DNA of 56,202 bases, the filler included, from Blastocystis sp. subtype 4 (Eukaryota), in the NCBI RefSeq assembly GCF_000743755.1. It is 2 parts of 2 records of this genome, joined end to end, with 100 filler letters (N's around TTAATTAATTAA, not from the genome) between each part and the next. Parts side by side here need not be neighbours in the genome. Positions count along the whole stretch, not along the records: positions 1 to 28,056 come from NW_014569413.1; 1 more part is not named here. One strand, written 5' to 3'. This document shows, piece after piece, positions 12,401 to 26,176 of the stretch. The notes under the pieces are model-generated. The model had not been told where the DNA came from. It ran no database searches and worked only from the letters and a program-made list of their open reading frames with translations. The position numbers and the translations under genes are program-made. The first letter of the stretch is position 1; each line of letters begins with the position of its first letter.

Positions 12401-15400
12401 TTGCTATCATTGATCTCGTTCTTGTTAATAGACGGACGTTGGGTTTGCAAGGATTACGATCACCTACTTTATTCTTGGATTGTGTTAGTGGTGCTGTGAG
12501 TACTTGTATGGCAAACCAGCTTAGTTGTTCTCAACATCTACCCTCGATTCTTCGGAAGGAAGGGATGGATATTGTTATGAGTCCACTCTTCCGAAATGGA
12601 TTACAGATGGAGTATAAGAAGCGAATTGCTGCTGATATTTTGAGTGCAGATTATCATATGGCAGAAATCGTACCTATTTGTGTAGATCAATCTGCTCCGG
12701 AAGTTTCAAATCGAACTGTGAAGGCTATAATGAAGAGCACGATGGACACTACCATTCTGGCTTGTGGGTTGCAGTTGGAAATGGACTTGGACACTCTTAA
12801 GCCAACTAGCAGTTCTATAACAATCAGTAGTATTGATAACTTTGTAACTTCGGAAGCAAATCCAATAGATGAAGCCATGTTCAAAGTGATAAAAATGCCC
12901 CGATTATTGTCATCTCGGAATCCAAATCATGCCACTATATATTCATTTTATCATCTTTTCCTTCTTCTTCTGAGTTATCATTCCAATACCCCCATTACAA
13001 GCGAAACCTCTTCCTGTCAAATCAATAATGAGATATCATTCATAGTTATTATGGAACCACTATACGCTCATGCAAATCATCTTCTCCAATGGTTGAATGA
13101 TAGACGTGTTCGGTCTGAGAAGAGCTGGGATGATTTGAGTGCAATGAAGGATGGATTGGCAAAACTTCTTCTATATGTGGAACCATCAGGAATGTCACCT
13201 GAAGCAGTGAGTTGTGTACAGAATGGGAATGATTGATAATTATAGGAATTGCATTCAGTAATTGAAAAAGATGTTGATATGGAGAATATATGGGTTTGGT
13301 TGGTTATCATGGATCGAATAAGCATTCATCGTTTATATTCTGTTCATTCGATTCGACAGAAGTATTATGAGAGTATGATTGATAGCTCTGGATTCTGTGG
13401 AATGAATCCAGTCATTGACTTGATTGCTAGTGAGGATGGAGATGAGATAGGGCCAGTGAAAAGTGGTTGTTTGATTGATTTGTTTGGAAGTTGTGTAGTT
13501 GGAATTCTAAAACAGAAATGGGTACAAAGGAATCCCCATTTCTTCCTTTCATGTATGGATTTAGTTGTGAGAACAGCTGTTCCATCAATTCTGGTGGAAT
13601 CGGTCCTTCAGTATTTAACAACCTGCAAGACTCAACAAACAGAGAGTCCAAGCCAATGGACAACCACTTTCTTTCCTTCTTTGATTCTATCTCATCTTGT
13701 AATGGCTCTCTCTCAAGGATCTGAAGAGTCTCTTCAACAAGCTGTTGTTAGTCAGGCTATTTCACGTTCACTGGAAATGGTAACAACAGACCCATCCTTA
13801 ATTACCATGGAGTTGGATATTGTGTGTCAAATCCTTCTTTCTTTCCAATCATTGAAGTTCCAAGAAGAATGGTTAGAGAATCTTTTAGTGATTCAGAGTC
13901 ACTTGAACCAGTGGACTGAATCTTGTTTGTTGTTAGGTGTAATGCAACTCCTTGTTGAGTTGTGTGATGATTATCAAATCAGGTGAGTGAAGAGAAGAGT
14001 AATGAGATGTAGTGAAAAACAATTATTCCAAATGATTGATCAGAGCGTTGCAAGTGTACGACCCTTACATGAACATACAATCGAAGAAGAAAGAGAGGGA
14101 GGGGATCGAAAGACATCTGAGTAAGAGAGAAATTGAAAATGAATGATAGATTGAAACGACTTCGCGAGAAGCATCAGTCAACTATGTTTCAAGTGATTCG
14201 AGCAATGATGGTATTCAATACTGAATGGATTGAGATATAGCGACGAGATTCCTTGTTACCTTGTGTTGATTCATTGCTCCAGAAACTATTTGCTCAACGA
14301 GACTCTTTGCATTTGCTTCAACTAATGCCACTCTGGCCTATTTCATTCTGGAAATCCAATGTATTGTGTGGTCTATTGGATGATATACGACTAAGTGAAG
14401 ATACCTGGAATGCATGTCTTTCATTCACACTTGAGATCATGCAGATGAAGACTGAACCTGATCTACTCTGTCGACTTCTTCAATTCATTATCATGCTCTT
14501 TTTGGTTAGTTCTTTCGCTACTTCTCACTCCTAGACAGCAGATGCAACAGTGATACCATATTCCTTCTATCATGCTGAATGCTCTCCTCACACTCAACAG
14601 ATTCTGAAACAGTTGGTTGCTGGTTGTGTATTGTTTCCATTTGCTTCTTCTGATCCATCCAATGCTTCTGATAACCAGCTATCTAATTCTGATGAATTCA
14701 TTCTCACTGAACATCAGGAGGATTGGTCAATTTTACAAGGAGTGAAATCCAGACTATTGGTTCTTGTTCCGTTGTATCCAGAGCCTCATAGCCAGCTTGT
14801 GGAATCCTTAACAATGATTGAAGATATCTGTGTTACTGAGGGCAAATGGTACTACGAGGTCTCAGGTCATCCTCCGTTTGCTTGTGGCTTCATTGATGGT
14901 ACTTATCCACTGGATAGGAAAACTCCTCTGAATCATCCTAGTCGTCACAAGTGGTTATGGTTAGCAGATTCACTTCAAGGTGTGGCTGATCGTATTGTTC
15001 CAGATGTTAATGATGCTCAAATCCATTGTGGCGAATATGTGACTGTATTGTGTCAGATTGATTGTACAAAGGGTGAGATTGCTTTTCGTATGAAGACGGA
15101 GTATCGATGGACAGTAGTGGCTACTAATCTTGTTACAACATCTTGTTTCATTCCTGTTGTAGCTGGGGAATCAATTAATGATTTGAAGATTGATATTGAG
15201 TTGATGAAGACTCCTCCGAATGAATGTCAATGGGTCAAGAATGCAATGTCTTCTCGAATCAGGAAGGTTATTTCGCCTTCACCAAAGAAGAAGAAAACGG
15301 AATCAGATCGGACTCAGTACTTATGTATGCAACTTCTTCGTACGCTTCTTACACGATGGAAAGCGTCACTGAATCTTACAACTGTTATCTCTCTTACGGA

Positions 15401-18400
15401 TCAAATCAACGAGGAGTGGATTCTTCCAATTGTTCTGGATATTCTTAACGATCCAGAGATCTCACCACATGTCCTCTTCCAACAGATTCTGGCTCTTCAA
15501 TCCTCCTCAATGTATCTGTGGAAGAAGTTGCGTGATCTCATTCTTCTGGAACTATGGAAGGAAAGTCAACGACCTCAAAGTCGTGTGGATATTATCGTGA
15601 AGTGTCTAAAGGAACTCACTCCTGAGTGGTGTAGGTGAATATGTACTGAATGATGTGTAGTTCAATATATCTCGGAATCCCCGCGGAATCATCTTATAGG
15701 ATATCTCCTCCAAAGTCTTCAATACTCCATATATCCTCAGTTGAGTTCCTTATTTAGTGAGACTCTTGCAAAGGTATGCAAAGGTTGTTCGCAGAGTGAT
15801 TCATCTCCCAACTTCTCTCTTGCTGAGTTTATCTCAATTGAGCCTATTGTAATTCGTGGATTGCAAGGAATTGAAACACTTCGATTAGAAGAACCAAGTG
15901 ATTATGTGGTGGTAAGCTTGAATGATTAGACTGAGAATTAGAATCGGATTGCTGATTCTCTCTTATTGTGTCACTACAATGACCAACTCTTTCATTCATC
16001 CTTTGTTGCACGTCTTCTCTCGTCTCCTTCTGCTTCTTCTGTACCTGGAAGATCACCTCTGGGGTACAGTCTATTGGAATATGGAGCTGGAATCACTTTC
16101 ACACTTCATATTGCTCGTGTCTCAGAGAGGTATCTGATTTCGTTATTACCTCAACTTCGCAATGAGTTCATTTCGAAAGTCGTTGATGGTTCTTTAGAAG
16201 GAGTTATGTCAGCATGTGTGTTAACTCTGGGTCCTAGTGCTTTCCCTCAAGAGGATGAAGTGGAAGGAGTTTTGAAAGTACGTGGTGGACTCAGTTATCG
16301 GTGTTCTTGTCAATGGAAGGATGTGATGCACGAAGGTTCATTCCGACTGGTTCTCCATCAGGATGAGAAGCCTCTCATTGATACAGCTACATACACAGAC
16401 TCAATTGCATCAGAATTCACAGGTACCATTCTTCCTGAACATTACACTCTCTCATTGGTTTCAGAGATCCAGAGAGACAGTGGTTGTGAAATCAGACAAG
16501 TGATGTGTGGTCGACCGTACCAAATGCAACCTCTGGATCATGTTTTCTCTTCTCCTTTTGTGGTAGGATATGAAATGTTCAGTAATTCATAGCAATCAAC
16601 ACCTATTGGTGAGAGGATTGACACAAGTGCATGTTATGAGAATGAGGAATTATCCGTAAGTGAGAGTGTATGTGATGGGTGTTTATATCTCTCTGTTACT
16701 GAAAGATGTGTTGGAGAAGGTTCTCATTCTCTTATTCTCCAAGGTATGAATTGTCAGAGTGTTTCAGTTTCAGATACAAATGATGCTTCAGTGATATATG
16801 GTCCAGTACTTGGTATCAATACGAAGCCTAGTGGTCTTCATATTATTTATGGTGATATTTCTCAAGCTAATGATAACTTCGGTATTATTCTTGATATTCC
16901 TCGCTCATCATTCCGTGTGATTTGTGATACCACTCGTATTGGACATGAGTACATCGAGGATTATGGGGATTCTCTCAAACAGCATATAAAAATTCGAAAT
17001 ATGCCTTCTCTTACTGCCTCATTGAATGTGAGTCCTTCATCTCAACTGTATCTCGAGGATAATGGATGCTACCTGAGAGAGATTCCGTCTTTAGAAACAA
17101 TGACCGAATTAAGCGCTATTTCTGACGTTGCTTTTGCTTATCTGGAGAATAAACCACTTCCTTCATGGTTCCTTCATGAAGCTTATCAACGTACTCAACA
17201 CTGGGTAGGGAATAGAATGGTCTCTCATCAGTAGGCTTCTTTTGGATATGAGTTCCTTCGTACACGTATTCCAGGCCTCTTAGTTGAAGTAAGCAAGGAT
17301 CCGCAACGTATGACAAGCCGATATCCATCCTTATCTCCTGGGAGAATTATCAATTCCCCGTATTCATCGGGTAAGCTTCGTCTAGTAGGTATGAATGGAT
17401 GTGCGTGGTATGTTCCTGTGACTGACAATCCATATGAAAGTGGTCGAGAGGAGTATGGTATGGCCTGGATGATGCCTTCATCTTGGATATATGCAGAATC
17501 TTCAAATTCTTCATTCAATCGAACACTGTTCTTTGAAATTCAGTGGTCTGTATCTGAAGAGGAGTTTCACAAGGAGTTGCAACGAGATGATCGTTTGTTA
17601 CTTCATTCATTGTTGGTAAAAGAGATTGACCATTCATGTCGATCTTCAGGGCAGTTGGTCTGGAATATTAGTCCGTATTGTGTCCGACGTAATCTCATGA
17701 ATCGATTCTCTCTCTCAGACATGTTATTTTACGCTCATATCGGGTTTATTTTGACTCTCAATCTCTCTCTTCTTCGTTTCATTCCTTATATTGCTCTTGG
17801 TACAAAATCTACCAGTCTGAAATTGTTGCTAACATCTCTCCAACCTTATCTCCTGGCTACTACCAAAGATCTCATTGCATCATTGCGAATTGACGAGATA
17901 CGGACTCCTGTTTCATTACGGAATGATTTATCTCTGTTTCCAATTGAGATCAAGACCTATCAATTCAATCGACTTGCTGCTCGCAAGGAACGCCTATTAA
18001 CTCTTCCAGAGGGACCAGAACGACTTAATGCATCCATCTTAGGGGCTGTAACCAAACTCCTTCTGGCATTGCCTCCAGAAGTACTTCGGATTGGATACAT
18101 TCATCCTACACACGGAGGTCAACGTAGAGCTTTCCATGTTCAGTTCGTTGGTGAAGGAGGTATTGATAATGGTGGTTTGTATCGTGAATTATTCAGTACA
18201 GTGATGCAAGAACTTCATGACTTAAGCCTCTTCTCATACCTTACATACACTCCTAATCATATTCAAGTGAATGCTGATAGTGGTCGAGACGACTATCTCT
18301 TGAACCCAAATCTGAATGAGGACTCTCTGCTGGTATTCAAAGGATTAGGTCGAGTTGTAGGGACAGCTCTTATGTCAGGATTTCAACTGGATTTCTTCTT

Positions 18401-19217
18401 ATCACTCTGTATCTGGAAGATGACGGTGAGAGAATCATTATCACTGGAGGATCTGGAATATGTTGATGTAGCAAGATGGAGACGGTATCAACAGATTCTG
18501 CAGTGTGATGTGAGTATGAGGAGAATGAATGATGAATAGCAAACAACATTTGATGATGAGTATTCGACTTTATTTTGGACAGAGATAGATTTCGCGGGGA
18601 ATATGTGTAATCATCCTGATCATAGTTCCTTCTCGAGAGTGTTGTATGAGCAACGACAAGAATATGTGGAATGGTGTATTAAAGCAGTCTTTGCTCGATT
18701 CGAAGGACCTGTATCAGCATTCCGAGAGGGTTTATCTGATGTGTTTGATGGTTGTGAGAGTGGCTATTTGGGAGGTCGAGATTTGATGGAGATGGTTGTA
18801 GGAGTTGGGGACATCGATGTACAGGAATTGCAAAAGATGACACAATATGAAGGGTTTGAATCAGATGATCAAGTAATTGTGTGGTTTTGGGAGATATTAA
18901 CCGAAATGACGGTGTCGCAACGGATTTCCTTCTTACAGTTTGCAACAGCACGATCACGATTGCCTACGTTTGCACATCAATCACAACTTACAGTAGTCGA
19001 TAAATGAGTCGTTAATATGTAGTTCAAGTTGATGCGTCATTATGATCAAGGAACGCCCGATATCTTCTTCCCAATTGCGCATACATGTTTTAACGGTTTG
19101 GAACTACCGAATTATTCTTCTAAGGAGGTGATGAAGGCAAAAATCTTATGGGCCATCGAGAATACGACATCAATAGATGGAGATAAAATAGAGCGTGTTG
19201 ATATCGTGTGGAATTGA
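9403..19217 (+). CDS. Giant HECT E3 ubiquitin ligase (~3000 aa) with SPRY-like segment
   Basis: HECT motifs FVGEGGIDNGGLYRE, WFWEIL, FLQFATARSRLP, catalytic PIAHTCFNGLELPNYSS; EGKWYYEV SPRY-like motif near 14840; the inter-ORF junctions checked are bridged in frame by ~30-nt introns; single-gene status of the 5' third less certain. Confidence 0.8.
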
Positions 19218-19253
19218 TGTATCATACTAGAATTTGTTTGTTAGTGTAATTAA

Positions 19254-20658
19254 ATGGATTCGTCAACGAAAAAACAAGACGGAGGTGGTGAAACGACCCT
19301 GAATATGACGTTCGATGTTGCAAAAGATGAAAAGGATGAGCATTAGGACTTTTCGCCTCTCTTTGCGAATTGGGTAAGTAATATCCTGGGAATCAAGTTA
19401 TCGAGCAACCTTTCATCAGAATTACAAGATGGGAATGTAATAGCTTCTGATCTTTAAGGATATAGATTTTGGTTCAGCTAATACATGCAACATGTCCATT
19501 TCTATGTCTCCTTCATAATGATGATAAAAGTAGGATCGATGATACGGATGAAGGGACTTAGACAGTGTTCGTTCTGTTGAATGCAATTTTGAATTAATCA
19601 ACCTGGCTCAAAGTAAACTGGGGATTAAAGAGGAGTACTACATCAAATCCTACTACTTTAGTAACTACAATGTAGCAATTAACTCTTGGGCAAACTCTAG
19701 ATGAGTCCAGCAATCACGTCATTATCAATATTGATAAGTCGAATAATGGAAGTGGTAGATGAAAAGATCCTACAGTTACCAGTATATTTCAAAACTTTGA
19801 GTGTGTCTGAATGTAGCATCATCATATCTAGTTCAAAAGACTGTAAGTTCCATTGATTCCCTGGAAAATGTGAGTACAGTTAGCAGTTTCCATGACATTG
19901 ACGAAAGCAGTGGAAGTTCACGGTATCTTTCCTCTCGAATAACAAATTATGATCACAACACTATTGGTTATTTGGAAGAACCATCATCTCAAGTAACAAT
20001 TGAAGCAAATCCTATTTCAGATGATATGTTTAAGAAAGGTCCTATTGATGAGGTATTAAGTGAAATGGAGAAGGAAAAGCAACAGGCACTCTCAGTTAAA
20101 GACGATTTATTAACACTACTAATGTATCGAATCTTTGGTCATGCAACCGAAGGAACTGGAGAATCACAGGAAGAAGCGGATGATGTGGACGACGAGTTGA
20201 ATACCGAGAATTATCACCCAAATGCCGAGAATACAGCCGCTTTGCTGCGCATGTTTGATCGACTTCTCTCAGAAGGAGAGACAGAAGACGGTGTAAATCC
20301 TGCCGATAATGACTTGTTAAAATCCTATCTAATAGATAAGATTCGAAGTCTTGAAGGAGATGAATCCGAGGAAGGTTTGGAGGAGAATTCATTGGATGGC
20401 GATAAAACTGAAGTGAATCCAGATGATGTTATTGAAGCAGATCGAAAAGGGTTCTTGTCTTTGGTAAAGTTACTTGGATACATTCCGAATAATGACCCGG
20501 ATGTATGTGGAGATGTAGATCCAAAAGAAAGATCGACAGAAAGTGAGAGCAATCGACAGAAAGTAGAGGGTACAAGATAATGGGAGATGTGTCACTTAGG
20601 TATGAAAATGATTCTTCAATATATGACAGACAGCTTAGAAGAAAGTAAGCCAAAGTGA
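19254..20658 (+). CDS. Protein with N-terminal calponin-homology-like domain and acidic C-terminal region
   Basis: Spliced N-terminus FANWVSNILGIKLSSNLSSELQDGNILVQLIHATCP resembles CH helices; continues into ORF 19801..20580; TGA 20656-20658 after a 30-nt intron. Confidence 0.55.
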
Positions 20659-20743
20659 TATGGTTTGATTCTCTGTTTGTGATATATATGTATCCCTTAT
20701 AGGCTTCATTATGATCAGTAACAATCTGTTGTTTCAGTAGGGA

Positions 20744-21588
20744 ATGAATAAGAATTAGTAGGGATACAGATCTCTATTCAACATAGTGACTATTTGTTTA
20801 AGATTGTATTAATTGGTGATTCTGGAGTGGGAAAATCTAGTTTGCTTCTTCGGTTTGCAGTAATTGTTTATCGTCTCTGTTATCTAGGATGGAGCGTTTA
20901 CAGATAGTTTCATCAGTACCATCGGAGTGGACTTTGTAATTAGTTTTCCAGACTTATCACTCCTAGCGCTTTCGCACAGTAGAAGTACTCGATAAGACTG
21001 TTAAACTTCAAATTGTAAGAACTCAACAATACTATTGATTGTAGTGGGATACAGCTGGACAAGAACGCTTTCGAACAATCACCAGTGCTTACTACCGAGG
21101 AGCTGATGGAATTTTCATTGTCTACGATGTAACAGATAAGGTTTCGATGAGTTATTTATATCAAATACAGACATCCTTTGACAACACAGCTGAGTGGTTG
21201 AAAGAAGTAAGAAAGTATACTACAGGTGATATCCGAATCTGTCTAATCGGAAACAAGAATGATCTTCAGGCTTCAAAAGAAATAACTACACAAGCTGGAC
21301 AAGTATCGATATTAATTCGAAATATGAATGTAGAAACTAGCAAGTGAAATTGGTGCAACGTTCATTGAAACATCTGCGAAAGAAGCAAGTAATGTGGAAC
21401 AAGCTTTTCAGAATATGGCAAGTGAACTAGTGAAGCGAGAGTAGGGATAGTAGATAGGCTTAACAAGAAGACAGGAAAAGCGTGCGAAGGCAATGAGAGA
21501 AGAGAAGACAAAATCTCAGGATGATTCCCCAGTCTCACTTAAATCGTCTTTCCTCTCTTTTGGAAGAGATATCAATTGCTGCTTGTAG
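20744..21588 (+). CDS. RAB1A: Rab GTPase, Rab1A (SAR-type) paralog
   Basis: [60 protein letters not shown]-terminal CCL; seven short introns. Confidence 0.9.
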
Positions 21589-21743
21589 TTTGCATGTTTT
21601 TTGAACCACTATTAAGAGGGAGTTTCGTCCTTGAAGGAATGAGTAACTATGAATACTAAGATACAATCTAACTACTGAACGTTCATTTATCATGAAGTGT
21701 GATCCCTCATCTAAGGCAGTGTAAATTGTAGCGAATTCCTTGG

Positions 21744-23454
<1,711 letters not shown>

Positions 23455-23509
23455 AATGGTTCTTGCTATCTTGAACAGTTCGTTTGCTTTAGGTTTGTGA
23501 GAAACACAA

Positions 23510-23951
23510 TCACTGTTCTAAAACTACAAATGCAACACACATGTCATTTTCATGACTAACTGAAACGTGGGATCTCTATTCGTCACACCTCATCATTTCC
23601 TGTACTAGGATCTTTTCCTTTTCTATTGCATCCTTTGCCTTTCCAACAAATTGGAGATGAATAGGGCTTCGAATCCCTGGTCGGGATGCCAGAACCTGAA
23701 TCTCGTTAAACCGGATTCCTTGATATCCTAGAGCTTTATATGCTGCTTCTTTCACTGCCCATCTAGGAATAAGGAGAAAACAAGTCTTCATGCCTCGAGG
23801 ATAAGAATTGTTCCTTCGGCTGTGTATACTTGTTATATTCTGCTATTTCAGCGGGAGAGAGAATCCGTTTTACAAAATGATCTCCAAAACGAGTTAACGT
23901 CTTTGCCACCCTTGATAATTGAACAAGATCAGTTCCTATTCCATATATCAT
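23510..23951 (-). CDS. acpS: Holo-[acyl-carrier-protein] synthase, AcpS-type 4'-phosphopantetheinyl transferase
   Basis: MIYGIGTDLV, SR|WAVKEAAYKAL, HVSVSHENDMCVAFVVLE; two introns. Confidence 0.9.
23763..23793 (-). other. 31-nt GC-AG intron
   Basis: AG|gcatgaagac...cctag|A restores the conserved R-W-A-x-K-E-A motif of AcpS. Confidence 0.7.
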
Positions 23952-23984
23952 AATTCAAACTGAATAGAACAAAAACAATGACAA

Positions 23985-25004
23985 CTAAAACCTAAAATCT
24001 CTCAACTCTTCAGTGTATTTATCATAAAGAGATACTAAGGCAGAGTATAAGCCACGAGCTTCACATGACATTGAATCGGGATGTGTATTCTAGGTTAGTA
24101 GAAGGCAGTGATCCTCATACAATAATGTCAACAATCTGTTCTAATGAATAGAACTCTAATCCCCGACTTTCATACTGATCGACAGGTCCTTGTTGATAAT
24201 CCTTCAGTACTTCGTCCTTTGATAGATTGATAAAGCAACAAAACAACTGGACTTGTCTTCCATGTGTTCGATTACTTCTACTGTTCAAACCAATCCAGAA
24301 TGCCAACGCAATCACTCCGATACACTTCACTTTCACGATAGATACTATAGGGATATTCATCTCTTCAAAAATCTCGCGTTTCATACTGTTAAACAGTTCA
24401 TCTCGAATCAAATGCTCCGACAAATCACAGTAGTCTCGAATTCCAATATTCTATAATGAATTCCACATATAAAAAAGACAGAAGGTTCGGGATGACCTCC
24501 AACACACGTCAAGCGACCCTGTGCCTCAGCAACATTATAGCTACGTTTCATCAGCACATGGTATCCATCTTTAAGAATGATTCCACTGATATTTCCAAGA
24601 GGATTGCCAAAGAAAGCATTCACATCACCAATAGTAGCTCCCTCTTCATAGAACACTTTCCACCTGGATCCGAGATTAGATCCAACATACGATTTGTAAT
24701 CAGTAAGACCAAGTTGAATCCGAAACCGAGGTGACCGATTTTCATCATAAATAGATTTGAAATAGCGGAATTTTGATTGATTGAAGAGAAATGGTTTATC
24801 CTTTCGGATCTACACATCACAAACAGTGGATTCTCTCACCTGATTCCATTCTTCCTCAACAATTCGCTGAAGATCCTCTCGAAGAACCGTCTTGGATTGA
24901 AAATCCTCGTCCAAGTAGCATTCCACCTCTTCCTGATCGAGAAATGGTACTGTGATTAGAATGGAATATTCAAATGCTGAAGGGTCCAAAATAGTGGGCT
25001 TCAT
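23985..25004 (-). CDS. NUDT22: NUDT22-like Nudix hydrolase, copy 1
   Basis: PFLFNQSKFR, LGLTDYKSYVGSN, GGHPEP, ELFNSMKREIFEEMNIP, DQYES; genomic TAG at 23985-23987. Confidence 0.75.
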
Positions 25005-25019
25005 ATCAAGAATGTGCAT

Positions 25020-25027
25020 AAGAAACA
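25020..25027 (-). terminator. Blastocystis-type 3'-end element variant TGTTTCTT
   Basis: Starts 5 nt downstream of the in-frame T at 25032. Confidence 0.65.
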
Positions 25028-25031
25028 GTAA

Positions 25032-26045
25032 AAGATAGATAAGCGTCTCGCACTTTAGTAAAAGAATTGTACTGGTCTACAAGAATGGAATACAATGCTC
25101 GAGTTTCAGGAACAAGTTGTTCAGGATGTGTATTCTAGGAGTCATAGCCAAGAACCGCTCCGACCATCAAATCAATAATTTCCTCAAAAGACAAAAAATT
25201 GATTCCCAGACTTTCATATTGATCAACTGGGCCCTTTTCATAATCCTGAATCACTTCCTCTTTCGTCAAGTTAGAGAAGCAACAAAATAGCTGAACTTCA
25301 CGTCCGTGTGTTTTGTTGCATCTACATCAAATTAAGCACATATCTATACGCCATAACACCAATCATAAACATATCAGAGAGATTGGTGAGTGGAATATTA
25401 CTCTCTTCAAACACCTCCCGTTGCATGCTGTAGAAGAGTTCATTGGTTATTGTCTCTGAATCCACTTTCGTAGCGTCTTCGTAGTCCGTGATCTTAATGC
25501 TCTTAGCGTTAACCATACAAAAGAAAGTTACAGAAGGCTCTGGATGGCCTCCAATACAAGTGAGCAAACCCTGACCTTCAGCCACTTTGTAGCTGCGGTT
25601 CAAAAGTACATGGTTTCCATCTCGTAAAACAACAGCACATTGATTCCCAAGAGGATTGGCAAAGAAAGCATTCACATCTCCAATCTTTCTTCCTTCATTG
25701 TAGAATACTTCCCATTTTGAACCTAGATTCGAACCCACATATGACTTGTAGTTGGTTAGTCCAAGTTCTATTCGGCAAGTCGTCCCTTCAAGAACTGAAC
25801 GGAAGTAACGGAACTTAGATTGATTGAACAGAAATGGTTTGTCCTTGAGAATCTACAGAACAATTCAGAACCAAACTAACTTCAGTCCACTGTTCCTCGA
25901 CAACCCGTTGTAAATCTTTTCGCTTCACAGTTTTTGAGCCAAATTCTTCTCGTATTACCGATACTACCTGATTTCGAGGAAGAAGCGGACATTGCAACAG
26001 TACAGAATAATCCGACTTCAGACTATCTCGAAACACTCGATTCAT
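25032..26045 (-). CDS. NUDT22: NUDT22-like Nudix hydrolase, copy 2 (stop predicted to be completed by poly(A))
   Basis: Same motifs and intron positions as copy 1; frame reaches TAT CTA TCT T at 25032, 5 nt before TGTTTCTT. Confidence 0.75.
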
Positions 26046-26176
26046 GCGAAACCAAGATTTCTCAAGAAACAAATTAATCAGTATTGGTTATCATTTATTT
26101 TCCATCTCATTCCTTTAAATTTCTTCCATAAAGGTAGACAATATCACTATTTGCATTACTCCATAGTTCTAGTCGC

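Noticed and set aside
23510..23951. Bacterial contamination explaining acpS
   Set aside because: Gene has two host-type mini-introns and is contiguous with eukaryotic genes
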